64,000 nt of DNA. Origin: Perkinsela sp. CCAP 1560/9. Taxonomy: Eukaryota; Protista; Euglenozoa: Kinetoplastea. The notes under the pieces were generated by a model, which saw only the letters and a program-made list of their open reading frames with translations, searched no databases and was not told the DNA's origin. How positions within the stretch are numbered: position 1 is the stretch's first letter; each line of letters starts with the position of its first letter. The DNA lies in contig CBFFSA010000001.1 of the NCBI GenBank assembly GCA_965644495.1, positions 3,596,001 to 3,660,000 on the forward strand, given 5' to 3'. Position numbers and translations under genes: made by a program. Positions 11,762 to 22,905 of this stretch are shown in pieces.

Positions 11762-12025
11762 ATGGCAGCTCCCGCTAAGAAGGTCGTCAAAAAGGTATCA
11801 AAGAAGCCTGTGGTATCAAAAAAGGCTGTTGTCAAGTCGCGAAAAGTGCAAGCAAAGCGCTCAGTAAAATCCAAGAAAGCTAGTCCGGCCAAGAAATCGT
11901 CTACCAAGACCAAAAAAAGTCCAGCCTCGAAAAAAAGCCCCGTGTCTTCAAAAAGCTCAGCTAAGAAAGGATCTGCAAAAAAGAATTCCTCTTCCAAAAC
12001 TAGCGCCAAGAAATCAAAAAAATAG
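11762..12025 (+). CDS. H1: Histone H1-like protein, copy 3
   Basis: MAAPAKK..., core KSRKVQAKRSVKSKK, SPAKK motifs. Confidence 0.8.
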   Translation: MAAPAKKVVKKVSKKPVVSKKAVVKSRKVQAKRSVKSKKASPAKKSSTKTKKSPASKKSPVSSKSSAKKGSAKKNSSSKTSAKKSKK

Positions 12026-12542
12026 TCTCCAAATATTAGGAAGCGTAGTATTAATACAATAAGCTAGTAACATACACAAAACATTGAATGGGAACAATGC
12101 ATACTGCTAGTCAAGAATAGTTTAACACAAAAATGTGACCGTATTAGCTACCACTTATTTAGTTTACGGTCTTAACTTCATTGTATAGTCTTAGCTTTAT
12201 ACAATGCAATATTTTTTTAGGATTTAGGCATGAAAAATATGCTCATATGCTCTTCTGTTATCACATCTAATTCTTTTTTTATCCTAGTGATATTGTTTTG
12301 CATCGTTAATTTTGAAAGAACTGTACAACTTGTTTACTATTACGCTGAATTGTGAATTATTTATGTAGATACACTGTAACTGTCATGTGCTACGTTGAAC
12401 TAGTGCTACACTGCATACTAAAGGGCTTGAATCATTATCATTGCTTATGAAATCCTTGGTAATCAAAGACAATCTATGAAGGTTCACTATTTTTTCTATT
12501 TGTACTCTCGGTTATATTCTAATTGTATTTTCTCGATTGAAC

Positions 12543-12803
12543 ATGACAGCTCCAGTCAAAAAAGTAAAAAAGGCTGTTAAGAAAGTTGCAAATACTGCAC
12601 CTAAGAAATTGATTTCTAAATCCCGTGAAGTGCAGTCTAAGCGTGCTGTGAAATCTAAGAAGTCTAGACTAGTTAAAAAATCCGTTACCAAAGGCAAGAA
12701 GAGCGCAGTTTCGAAAAAGAGTCCCATTGTTAAGAAGGGTTCGATCAAGAAAGGACCTGCGAAAAAGGTTATCTCTAAAAGTTCTAAGAATGTCAAGAAA
12801 TGA
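12543..12803 (+). CDS. H1: Histone H1-like protein, copy 4 (most divergent)
   Basis: MTAPVKK..., core KSREVQSKRAVKSKK. Confidence 0.75.
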   Translation: MTAPVKKVKKAVKKVANTAPKKLISKSREVQSKRAVKSKKSRLVKKSVTKGKKSAVSKKSPIVKKGSIKKGPAKKVISKSSKNVKK

Positions 12804-13477
12804 AAGCGGGGGAATGGCGCATATCCCGAATGTAAGCGAGTTATTCACTTTCAGCTTAATCTTCAAATATAGATGGAGCAATAGTTCAGCGTAGCGCATG
12901 GCAGTTAGAGTGTACATAAAGTGTAAGTTACAGTGTGTTACATGTACATCTACATGTATATCTAGTAAAGTAATATAATATAATAATGTATTATCTATAG
13001 TAGTAATGTTATTTAATAGTTGATGTTTTTTTCTAGTTTAATGTATGGAGTTAAGTTACTTAACTCCATTCGTACTCAAAGTACGAATTGTTGGTTCGTA
13101 CCACGGAGATAACATTATGGGCAATGATTGCTGAGACATTTTAATCAGGGTAGAAAACTTTTCTCACACTTTTAAAATTTCTAACTTATCTCTACAGGTA
13201 AGTCTTCTCACTGATTTTGTTATAACGTATGTAGAATTGCGCTTTGAATCTCTACATCATAAAAGGTTACTATAGCACGCCAAAATATTCCTTTTCCTCA
13301 AGATCGGATACCGAAAAACCGAGAAATTGATTGTATGATGTTTTATTGCACGATCTTTATTGAAGCTTTTTAGACACCATTATGAGCTTCTGCCGGCTCC
13401 CAATCACTCTCCTTTGTCCTCCGTGACTTCTCTCTCCTTACTCCCTCCCCCACGCCCGCACTGCCCCCCCCCACTGA

Positions 13478-14698
13478 ATGAAATGTCCCCGTATCCATTC
13501 CACCCTCGGCTTCACCTTCCTCCTCGCCTGGCTCATCACCCTTGGCGTTCTCCTCGTCACGCTGTGTGTCACCGTCTCCCCCACCTCCTTCCAACCCGTC
13601 GCTGTGGTCTCTCTCTTCCACGACACCCCGGAGGTGTTGGAACTTAGTGGATTCCCCTCTATCGAGTCCCACTCCCCCTCCGTGGGTGCCCTCCCACGCT
13701 GTCCGTGGTACGTGCTGTTCTATGCGCCCTGGTGTGCACACTGCCGGCGTGAGGCCCACACATATAAACAACTTGCGGTGAACATCTCACGCCAGGGCGA
13801 CAACCCCACACACATTGCTGCCGTGGACTGCTCCCTCTATGGACGACACTTCGCGGAGGCCACCATCGAGGCCTACCCCACGTTGTACTACGGAGGGCGC
13901 GAGAGCTGGAGAGAGGTGGATCTGCCGGACGGGGACTTGTCTCGGGTTTTCTCGGTGGGTTCCGCAGGGGGGGAACCCAACACGGAGGCGAGTCGTGCCC
14001 CGTTGCTGTGGGAACAAAACCATACCGCCACCCGGGTGTGTGTGGCCTCACGAAATGAGGCGGTCGACCGCCGACGACAGCTCCCCCGTACCAATGCGGT
14101 GTTTGTTCCCCGGGTGGGGTGGTACAATTACTACCAGAGTTTTTATGCCGCGTTGCAGGAGGAGGTGGATCCACACACCCGGGAGCTCGCGAGTAAGCTT
14201 CCGGAAGAGCACTGTGACTCGGATACAGAGGTGGGCTCTCCGGTGTGTGTGTATATGAAATTCCGTGCCGCCGCCCTGGCAGGGGTCCCGGAATTACAGT
14301 ATACGTTAGCACCGGATCCGCTGACGGACTGCGGGTACACTTGTGGTCTGTGGTTGCTCTTTCATCGAATGATACAAGCCCCGGAGGCTCTTGAAACGCT
14401 GGATGCGATACGGAGTTACGTCCTAACTTTTTTTCGTTGCACTGCGTGCCGGGATCACTTTCGGAAGATTCCCTACACCCCGAATCGGAGCTCTGGGGCA
14501 CGAGAGGATGAGGCGAGGCTGTGGTTGTGGCGGTCGCATAACGCGGTGAACCTCCGTTTAGGCAAAGCTCATTTTCCCTCCCCCTCGCAGTGTCCAGAGT
14601 GTGTAGATGAGAACACGACATTGGATTTTCTGAGCACGTATTATGGTCCCATGCCGAACACTCCGAAAAAGAGATGGTTTGGCTTCTTTCCATGGTAG
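13478..14698 (+). CDS. QSOX: Quiescin-sulfhydryl oxidase (thioredoxin plus Erv/ALR domains)
   Basis: N-terminal hydrophobic signal/anchor. Trx motif FYAPWCAHC and YPT. Erv motifs CGLWLLFH, CTACRDHF, LWLWRSHNAVN and FPSPSQCPEC. Confidence 0.92.
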   Translation: MKCPRIHSTLGFTFLLAWLITLGVLLVTLCVTVSPTSFQPVAVVSLFHDTPEVLELSGFPSIESHSPSVGALPRCPWYVLFYAPWCAHCRREAHTYKQLAVNISRQGDNPTHIAAVDCSLYGRHFAEATIEAYPTLYYGGRESWREVDLPDGDLSRVFSVGSAGGEPNTEASRAPLLWEQNHTATRVCVASRNEAVDRRRQLPRTNAVFVPRVGWYNYYQSFYAALQEEVDPHTRELASKLPEEHCDSDTEVGSPVCVYMKFRAAALAGVPELQYTLAPDPLTDCGYTCGLWLLFHRMIQAPEALETLDAIRSYVLTFFRCTACRDHFRKIPYTPNRSSGAREDEARLWLWRSHNAVNLRLGKAHFPSPSQCPECVDENTTLDFLSTYYGPMPNTPKKRWFGFFPW

Positions 14699-15357
14699 AA
14701 ATCACCTCGGACGGCATGAAGCTCGCGTTCTTACAGTATGTGGGTAATGTGCATTGTAGAGGGCACTCTTCCCAAAATCGCAATGATCTTGAAGTGATGC
14801 AGACGAATACAATACGAATATACAATACGAGTGTACTTTCGTACACTCGCTAAAACTCTTGAAAGAAGAACATGGCATTTCTTGCAATAGTGGGCAAGTG
14901 ACAAAATCACGACTGCAAGTCATTGCTTTTTTCTGACGTGAACTCCGTTTATGATCTTATTTTCGAAGGTTGAATACGTTTTCTGCTCCTACCGGATCAT
15001 AGTTCCGCTTTTTTTCTATCGTGGGTGACTTATTCCCCCACAAGTGAAGACTAGCAGATGACTTGAGAAGCTTTAATTCTTGTCTACGTCGGACCCTTTC
15101 CTCTTTTTCTCGTGGGGTACCCTTTCCTACAGTGGATCGCAAGCTCTGGTACAATGTACGAATGTACTACAACAGTACTCAGAAAATTGTGGTCTGTTTT
15201 CTTATTTCTCTTAGAAGATGGTTTTAATTTAAAACTTTTAAACTCGTCTATTCCTTTAACTCTTTTTTCCCTTGATTTTTTACAGAATGCTTCTTGCGTT
15301 GTGTAGGATTTCGTGCAGTTTATAGTTCTCTGAAATTTCGTCTTACAATATTACCGC

Positions 15358-16863
15358 ATGGTATTACATGAGCTGGGGCACAAGATCGCGGGTGCCCTGC
15401 ACAACTTTCACAAGCACGCCATTGTAGGCGATGAGGAGATTGATCTTCTTCTGAGAGACATTGGTAACGCGCTGATGCAGTCGGATGTCAATGTAAAGAT
15501 AGTGATGAAGCTTCGCAAAGACATTAAGACCCAACTGATGCTTACAGAAAACCAGGCCGGAGGTTTTAGTCGGCGTAAACTCGTTCAGAAGGCCGTTTTT
15601 GATGCAATTAAACAGATGATTGACCCTGGAGTGAAGGCCTATCAACCCAAACGAGGACAATCGAACGTAATCATGTTTGTCGGGATGCAAGGCGCAGGGA
15701 AAACCACTTCATGCACGAAATACGCTTCCTATTACCAGCGAAAAGGCTTTAAAGTAGCACTGGTGTGCGCTGACACGTTTCGTGCGGGGGCATATGATCA
15801 GCTAAAACAGAATGCTTTAAAGGCTAGAGTTCGATTTTACGGCAGCTTTGCTGAGGGCGACCCAGTGGCCCTTGCCACACAGGCAGTAGAGACCCTCAAG
15901 ACGGAGGGGGTGGAAATCATTATTGTGGACACCAGTGGCCGTCACAAACAGGAGGAGGCACTGTTTGTAGAGATGCAAGAAATTCGGGATGCTATTCAAC
16001 CCCGTGACATTGTCTATGTCATTGATAGCACGAATGGTCAAATGGTGCAGGAGCAGGCGGCAGCATTTCAAAAGTTTGTTCCCGTCGGGTCCATTATTCT
16101 TACCAAGCTTGACGGCCACGCAAAAGGAGGGGGCGCGCTCAGCGCCATAGCAGTTACCGGGAGCCCCGTCATTTTTTTGGGAGTCGGCGAGCACTATGAC
16201 GAGTTTGAGCCTTTCAATGCGCAAAGTTTTGTAAGTCGTCTTCTGGGCTTTGGCGACGTGGAAGGCTTGGTGGACGCGTTAAAGGACAGTGGGTTTGATG
16301 AGAAATCCGTGTTATACAAGCGTTTTGCAGAAGGGTCCTTTACGTTGCGCGACATGTACGAACATTTGGAAAATGTGATGAAACTAGGACCTATGAACAA
16401 AGTTTTGGAAATGATGCCCGGACTTGCGATGACCGACAGCCGTGGTCGCGGGGAGCAAAACACTTACCAGTTGAAATGTTATATGACTATTATGGATAGC
16501 ATGAACGAAGCTGAGTTGGACGCCCCAAATGTGAAGAAGTTTTTTACACCAAGTCGACTTGCTCGAATCTCGAATGGGAGTGGAAGGGCAATGTGGGAGG
16601 TGCAGGATCTACTAAAATCTTATAATAAGTTTGACGATATGGTACGGAAAATGGGTAAAATGAATTTTAAGCAGCTAACTAAGGATCCAAGTTTGCTATC
16701 CACACACACAGGGCAAGAGCAAATGTCGAAGCTTGCTCGAGCCATGGACCCTCAAATGTTGCGACGCATGGGTGGGGTGTCGGGACTGCAAGCTATGATG
16801 AAACAACTTTCTGAGTACGAATCAAGTGGGAAAAGTGAGAAAAAAACTGGAAAAAGTCGTTGA
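15358..16863 (+). CDS. SRP54: Signal recognition particle 54 kDa subunit
   Basis: GMQGAGKTT, DTFRAGAYDQL, DTSGRH, TKLDGHAKGGG and a Met-rich M domain. Confidence 0.98.
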   Translation: MVLHELGHKIAGALHNFHKHAIVGDEEIDLLLRDIGNALMQSDVNVKIVMKLRKDIKTQLMLTENQAGGFSRRKLVQKAVFDAIKQMIDPGVKAYQPKRGQSNVIMFVGMQGAGKTTSCTKYASYYQRKGFKVALVCADTFRAGAYDQLKQNALKARVRFYGSFAEGDPVALATQAVETLKTEGVEIIIVDTSGRHKQEEALFVEMQEIRDAIQPRDIVYVIDSTNGQMVQEQAAAFQKFVPVGSIILTKLDGHAKGGGALSAIAVTGSPVIFLGVGEHYDEFEPFNAQSFVSRLLGFGDVEGLVDALKDSGFDEKSVLYKRFAEGSFTLRDMYEHLENVMKLGPMNKVLEMMPGLAMTDSRGRGEQNTYQLKCYMTIMDSMNEAELDAPNVKKFFTPSRLARISNGSGRAMWEVQDLLKSYNKFDDMVRKMGKMNFKQLTKDPSLLSTHTGQEQMSKLARAMDPQMLRRMGGVSGLQAMMKQLSEYESSGKSEKKTGKSR

Positions 16864-17023
16864 TTCTTCTGTATATTTTCTTGTACGTTATTTATTATTT
16901 TAAACTTTTAATGTTGTACGTATTGGTAATCAAGCAGAAACGCTTCCACTAGCCCACATTTAGAGAGAGGGTCATAATCAAGATTCCTTTATGGCTTAAC
17001 AATAGTATTTTTTTACATGCAAA

Positions 17024-17833
17024 ATGATACATACAACTTTCTTGGACACTGATTCTCTTGTTTCTCCCCCCAGAAAACGTCGTATGACGGGTAAGGTTAG
17101 CTTGTCCATTATGCCAAATGAAATTCGACTCCACCGATTTGTTCAAAAGATAAAAAATCGGCCACGGTCATGGAAACCCGGTGTGGACGTTTGCAAGTGG
17201 AAAGGGGTGATATGCATTGGTGAAAACATTACGGAATTACATTGGAACAATTTGGATTTGCGGGGAAACGTTACATGGGATGCAATTCCCGAATCGGTTG
17301 AGAATCTTTTGATCGGCAAAGACCTCTACGGGTTGGATAAGCTTCGGGGGGGATTCGATATGAAGTTGCTTCCTGCAGTTCTAAATTCCCTTGACATGAA
17401 CGAACATGCATTTGCAGGCCTGGTGGATTTTTCCCATGCGCCTCGTGAGATGAAATTTTTTGTTGCTGCTGGCAACTCGCTACATGGGCCTCTGGATCTG
17501 ACGCTTATGCCATGTACCATGGAACATGCAGAGTTACAGCGAAACCTTTTTGTTGGGACACTAGATCTCACCAAGCTTCCTTCTGTGTTGGAATTGCTCC
17601 ATTTGGGAGATAATTGTTTTGCGGGAAATGTGGATGTTTCAAAACTTCCTGATTCAATTTTGGAGATTGGTCTTTATCGTAATCGACTACAAGGGGAGAT
17701 AGATGTTCGCGATCTCCCAGATGGACTTCAAAAGCTTGAATTCAACGGTAATAATGTTACTTTTAAGGAAAACTTTAAACCCCCTAACGTGTTTTTTGAT
17801 CCTGTGGACGACCAATATTTCCATTATTTCTGA
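17024..17833 (+). CDS. Leucine-rich repeat protein, lineage-expanded family
   Basis: GKV...MPNE...SW...CKWKGVIC cap plus LRRs. Confidence 0.88.
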   Translation: MIHTTFLDTDSLVSPPRKRRMTGKVSLSIMPNEIRLHRFVQKIKNRPRSWKPGVDVCKWKGVICIGENITELHWNNLDLRGNVTWDAIPESVENLLIGKDLYGLDKLRGGFDMKLLPAVLNSLDMNEHAFAGLVDFSHAPREMKFFVAAGNSLHGPLDLTLMPCTMEHAELQRNLFVGTLDLTKLPSVLELLHLGDNCFAGNVDVSKLPDSILEIGLYRNRLQGEIDVRDLPDGLQKLEFNGNNVTFKENFKPPNVFFDPVDDQYFHYF

Positions 17834-18039
17834 AATTTCGCATCATCTCATGAGAAGCATTAGAACTTTTCCTTAGTTTGCTGTCTCTGATTGTTTGACT
17901 ACCGCGAACTTTGATTACACTGTCGCCAAAAATCATTGAATTTTTAATTATTGTCGAAACCGTGCAACTTTTAATAAAAAATTCATTAATTTTTAATTTA
18001 CCTTTCTAATTTGCCTTTCTCTGAAAACCTCAGTAATAC

Positions 18040-18900
18040 ATGATGACAAGTCGGAATGTGAATGTGCGTTTCAAGCGATGCAGTACCGCTTTGCTATTTA
18101 GTTACGCAGTTGATGTAACAAATACTAGCGTAAAAAGTGTGCTAGGTAAAGTACGAGGGGCCCACTTACCGCAAGAATACGAACTTTCTAAGTTTGCTGC
18201 GAATATTACCCATCACCGTCCTTCTTGGAGTACTTCAACTCCTGCCTGTGAGTGGGAGAACGTGTTCTGCAAAGATAACATACATGTTACGGGTATTGAT
18301 TGGAGTTGTTCTCACCTTTCCGGTTCACTGCGATGGGATTTTCTGCCCCTCACATTGTGTACGCTTTCATTGATGGACAACAAACTTACGGGAATTGTTG
18401 AACTAGACATGTTTCCACAGCAGATAGTGTACGTAACATTAGTAAGTAACTTTTTTAAAGGCACGATTGACGTAGAAAAATTGCCCCACAGTATAAGTGG
18501 TCTGGATTTGGAGTACAATGAGTTCGAAGGAAGCTTGAATCTAATGCATCTGCCCAAAAATATGAGAGTACTGCACGCAGGTCATAACAATTTGAGTGGA
18601 AATGTCATTCTTTTACATTTGCCACCGATTATGAAGTCCCTGTATCTATCTTATAATAAATTCTCAGGCACCCTGGATTTGCAGCACTTACCATCGGAGT
18701 TTCAAGATCTTCGATTGAATGTAAATAATTTTTCCGGTCTTATATTCTTGGATGACCTTCCTAAGGGCCTCAAAACATTATGGCTGTACGGCAACGAAGA
18801 ACTGCAAGGAGAGATCGACGCAAGAAAGCTTCCTGAAACTTTGGCCAGCTTTTCGTACAGCGATACAAAAATTGAAATTTTACCTACTCCTCAACAATAA
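18040..18900 (+). CDS. Leucine-rich repeat protein, lineage-expanded family
   Basis: GKV...LPQE...SW...CEWENVFC cap plus about 8 LRRs. Confidence 0.88.
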   Translation: MMTSRNVNVRFKRCSTALLFSYAVDVTNTSVKSVLGKVRGAHLPQEYELSKFAANITHHRPSWSTSTPACEWENVFCKDNIHVTGIDWSCSHLSGSLRWDFLPLTLCTLSLMDNKLTGIVELDMFPQQIVYVTLVSNFFKGTIDVEKLPHSISGLDLEYNEFEGSLNLMHLPKNMRVLHAGHNNLSGNVILLHLPPIMKSLYLSYNKFSGTLDLQHLPSEFQDLRLNVNNFSGLIFLDDLPKGLKTLWLYGNEELQGEIDARKLPETLASFSYSDTKIEILPTPQQ

Positions 18901-19283
18901 TTAGTATAAAATTTATACTCAATATTTCTACAATTACAGTACTCAATATTACGTCGCTTATACCGTCAAAGCATAATTTATGGCCTTGGGACATAAATGA
19001 CATTTTATGAGTTGTGACCAAGGACGAATGCGTAGCACCTGGATCACTTTTGTGGTTTGGGTTGTATGGAAACTCACGGTGGAGCATAACCTGTGGTCAT
19101 GGCTCTCATCGATTTTGTTTACCTTCTCTGGCTTTACGGTGACACAGAGCCTGAATTCGGATCTCTATACCAATAGGTACGTACCCGTATTGGTGGTAAT
19201 CCGAATCGGCGACCTGTGCCGCACTCATGAAGATAACGAATATAGAACACCTAAGCTCAATCACTGAAAGAGATTGAGAGGGA

Positions 19284-19505
19284 CGCCGCGAAGCGGCGCT
19301 ATATTTTTTGGGGGTTTTTTATTCCCATTTTCTCGAAAATGACTTTGTTTGTTCAAGAACACATCCCTTAAATACAGTCTGTAGAAATTTTGTAGAAAAC
19401 ATTTTTTTTTTGCATTTTAGACAAAATTTAGTATACCGTACCCGCTTAGTATACCGTACCCACTTAGTATGCCTACTAGGTATACTATCCTGGAACATGG
19501 TTTAC
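19284..19505. repeat. Truncated copy of the MITE at 42111-42401
   Basis: Shares GCCGCGAAGCGGCGC and TGCATTTTAGACAAAATTTAGTATACCGTACCC...GGTATACTATCCTGGAACATGGTTTA with 42295-42400. The left TIR is not seen. Confidence 0.75.
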
Positions 19506-19729
19506 TATTCACAAAAAAATGACGAAAAGTTTGTGAATAATAAATGGGTCCCCCCTTTACTCTTCTGGTCAAAAACAGAGGAAAAGGAAAATCCAGAAAA
19601 TGACATTTAATTCTGTCATTTTCAATTCCTTTCCCATTTTCCTTTATTTTTGATCAGGGTAGAGAAAGTCATACCTTTTGGTTCAATGAACCACGACTGA
19701 ACCAACCTACAAGGCGTACCCCCCCTTCA

Positions 19730-20464
19730 ATGTATTTATTAAATTTATTGTACATTTACGCTAAAATGAGATTCTCCATGTTCGCATTACCCGCTGAGGA
19801 CAATATACCACGTTCACGTGCCGCAAAAGCAACAAGGTTGTTTATTCCGCAAGAGGATCTATTGCAGCGCTTCCTTTACGACGTATCCGGGCATCACGAT
19901 AGTTGGGTAACAACCCGAAAAGGGTTTTTTGGTGAAAAACCTGTTCACGTTTGCGAATGGTATGGGGTGGAATGCAACGTGAAAAAAGAAGTTGTATCCC
20001 TAAAATGGCGTCAAATTTTAGGCTTAAAACTCGGAGGGGTCCTTTCCTGGGGTGACCTTCCCCATACTGTCCAAATAATCCGTCTGGAAAACAATGTTTT
20101 ACGAAGTTCCATTGATTTTCCAGTACTTCCTGACGGATTACTCTATCTGGATCTCACAAGAAACCGCTTTAGCGGTACCATTGATGGTACCCGGCTTCCT
20201 CCGCATATAAGAAGCGTTCGCTTAGGTTCTAATCGCTTTACAGGAATACTTGATCTCACTTTACTTCCCTATACTCTCGAGCATTTCAGTGCTCCAAGTA
20301 ACGAGTTCATCGGCACGCCCAGTCTGAAGTATCTTCCTGACGCACTAAAGGAGTTGGATCTTAGGGAAAATCTGTTTCAGTGGGAAGGTATCGAACCCCC
20401 TCCTCCCCCTCCGGAAATTTTAATTTATCCGCAGAGCGTCAAACAGGAATCGGAAGATGAATAG
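19730..20464 (+). CDS. Leucine-rich repeat protein, lineage-expanded family
   Basis: IPQE...DSW...CEWYGVEC cap plus LRRs. The start may be a downstream Met. Confidence 0.85.
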   Translation: MYLLNLLYIYAKMRFSMFALPAEDNIPRSRAAKATRLFIPQEDLLQRFLYDVSGHHDSWVTTRKGFFGEKPVHVCEWYGVECNVKKEVVSLKWRQILGLKLGGVLSWGDLPHTVQIIRLENNVLRSSIDFPVLPDGLLYLDLTRNRFSGTIDGTRLPPHIRSVRLGSNRFTGILDLTLLPYTLEHFSAPSNEFIGTPSLKYLPDALKELDLRENLFQWEGIEPPPPPPEILIYPQSVKQESEDE

Positions 20465-20857
20465 ATTAGGTAAAATGTATGTGTATTCGCATTTAGTTAT
20501 TGCCCCATCCTGTATTTGCTGGATACCATGCAAGTTGCTTATTTTTCGGTTTCTAACACTGACGAGTTGAGTAACACTGACAGATGTGACTAACACTGAC
20601 GAGTTTATGCTTTTTGTACGCAATAACATCGGGCGAATTTTTTACGTGCATTTTCTGTAAAGGAAAGCCGGACACTTTTCTTTTTTCAGATGACAGAAGT
20701 TTCGTCAAAGTAAAGCCGGTACCTCGTTCTGACCGAAAATGGCTGACACTATTTAGTGCTGATTTTTTTTAAATTTCATTCAACACTTAACAGGGAGGGA
20801 CGCCTAAGCGTCTCAAGTTGTCTTCGTAACACTACTCCTCCCTTTTTATTTTTATAA

Positions 20858-21409
20858 ATGACTTCTAAAAGAAAAGTTCATAAATATGTGAATAAAAATA
20901 TTTCTATCTCTTCTACACGTAGTTTGTGGCACTTTTTAATGGACCATTTTTTAAACGAAAGGGGTACGATGTATTTACTACACACTATATGCCTGCTGTG
21001 GGCAAGTAGTGGCGGCGTGGCTCAGATATTTTCTTCACGTTCAGTGTCCTATTCTCTAACTTCAGATACACACGGAGAAAAACGAGCAGCAGGCCTACGA
21101 AAAAAGGTGAACGATAACACTGCAAATCTACACGCTCACGATAAGAAATCTCACAAAGCAGAACCAGTTCACGAAGAGAATAACGATTCTCGTGATTCAT
21201 CAACTTCTTTTTACGAAACTTTGGAAGATATGTGGGATTATTATCGTACGTCAGTATGGCTTCATGTAGCTTTATTCTATGTAGGTATAATGACGTATCA
21301 GTTTGCTGCTCTTGGGACGATATTGGGAGTGCAAATTTCCTTGGTTCTGATTATATGTTCTTGTGTTGGCTTATTCGTCCACGGTTGGCTTGGCACGGGC
21401 CCGTCTTAA
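20858..21409 (+). CDS. Hypothetical membrane protein
   Basis: Possible signal (MYLLHTICLLWASSGG) and two C-terminal hydrophobic helices. The true start is probably downstream. Confidence 0.55.
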   Translation: MTSKRKVHKYVNKNISISSTRSLWHFLMDHFLNERGTMYLLHTICLLWASSGGVAQIFSSRSVSYSLTSDTHGEKRAAGLRKKVNDNTANLHAHDKKSHKAEPVHEENNDSRDSSTSFYETLEDMWDYYRTSVWLHVALFYVGIMTYQFAALGTILGVQISLVLIICSCVGLFVHGWLGTGPS

Positions 21410-22106
21410 ATTCTAGCATGCGTCATAATAATTTTGAGAATAACTTTTGGTGAAACGTAGAGTAAATGCAGCAATATTGATTTGTTTCTTGTTTCATGCT
21501 GAACATGGTATCGGGCTCAAGATCAAACCCGCTATAGGGTTTTCTCCTACGAATATTTACCCGAATAGAGATTTGGGTTAAATTCAAGCTAATTTGGCTT
21601 TGTCTTCAATTTCCAAAAAAATGTTCTTTTTACAACATTCATTCCGAAATTCTTTCCCTTTAATCCTTACAGCTTTAATAGCTACTGCTTCCTTAACTTT
21701 GGGAGCAATGTACTGGTAGTTCGATCGGGAACGATTTCAGTGACAATTTGGACTTTTTAGCCACTGCACACAACCCTTCACAGAGACACTTTGCTCACAG
21801 TGGACTCTTTGTGACAGGAAAATCGAGCACGCTACCCACAGGGCATTATATAATACTATTATTAGATACCGAAACAAAACCAGATATTTCAAAAACATGT
21901 GATTCATGAGGAATGATTGCTTCTACAGAAGTCGTAAATAAAAAATTTGCTTTAATTTCACCGAGATTTGCTATCTATGCCAATAGCCCAGGATACAGCC
22001 ATTTGGATGGGAAGTATTTCAAATGCGAATAACGTAAAATTGTTTATTTCTAATGTTATATCTGAAGATCTACCAAATATAACTGATCACTCAACTTTTC
22101 CTACTA

Positions 22107-22592
22107 ATGTTGCGTTTGGCATGGAAGGTGTCTTCGCGCATCATTCCCGGCTACCTTCGCTATAAACACAAAGACATTGTAGTCCCCCCTGATCGATGCG
22201 AATTCATTGCCATGAGAAATTCTTCGGGTCCTGGAGGTCAAGCAGTGAATGCATCTTCAAATAGAATTGAATTGCGAGTGTCTGGAATCCACCGCGTGCC
22301 GTTTCCAAATATTGATAACGAAACGTGGTCAAGATTCTTAGCCAGACATCGAAACTCTGTATGCATGAGATCGGATACTTTGATTATACACTGTAGAGAG
22401 CATCGTTCTCTTTCTGCCAACAAAACGGGGTGTATAGATAAAGTTCGACACATGATAGCCAATTCCTCCTTTGTTGAGCCTCGGGCGGAGATTATTCCTC
22501 CGAAAAGTGAAAATAGAAAACAGAAAATCGTTACAAAAAAGAAATTTAAAGGAACTAAAATGCTTGCGAAAATCGCTAGATCACTTTCCTGA
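22107..22592 (+). CDS. Mitochondrial peptidyl-tRNA hydrolase, RF-1/GGQ domain (ICT1/ArfB-like)
   Basis: SSGPGGQAVN motif, CREHRSLSANK, basic C-terminal tail and an MLRLAW targeting-like N-terminus. Confidence 0.85.
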   Translation: MLRLAWKVSSRIIPGYLRYKHKDIVVPPDRCEFIAMRNSSGPGGQAVNASSNRIELRVSGIHRVPFPNIDNETWSRFLARHRNSVCMRSDTLIIHCREHRSLSANKTGCIDKVRHMIANSSFVEPRAEIIPPKSENRKQKIVTKKKFKGTKMLAKIARSLS

Positions 22593-22630
22593 AATACTTT
22601 CCTGTATAATGTTATGCAAGTTAAAGGTTA

Positions 22631-22765
22631 GTGTGATACAAAAACCCCCCACAGTGAAAAGTCACCCCCCTCTAACTTTTCAGTCAAGTGCCCGTTTGAG
22701 CTCATTTTTGTTGCATTTTGCAGATCCCAACGCAAAGACTTTGCACATTAAAACATGGAACTAAA
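22631..22765. repeat. Solo terminal fragment of a Tc1-like element related to 27818-28767
   Basis: AAAAGTCACCCCCC...CCGTTTGAGCT...TTTTGTTGCATTTTGCAGATC...GACTTTGC matches 27838-27927. Confidence 0.65.
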
Positions 22766-22905
22766 AATCTCAAATGCGGGCATCCGATAGACGGATTATC
22801 ACTTTCTTCACATTTTTCAAGAGACCAATTTCTCACATTTCAACTAATTAAATCTTCCCCCATGAGAAATTCAATTATTTCTTATGGCTGATGATCTCAT
22901 GGCAG

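Noticed and set aside
13659-14846. 395-aa minus-strand ORF
   Set aside because: Antisense shadow of the GC-rich QSOX gene.
21855-21870. CTATTATTAGATAC resembling part of the SL exon
   Set aside because: Short, AT-rich and lacking the AGTTTCTGTAC core.
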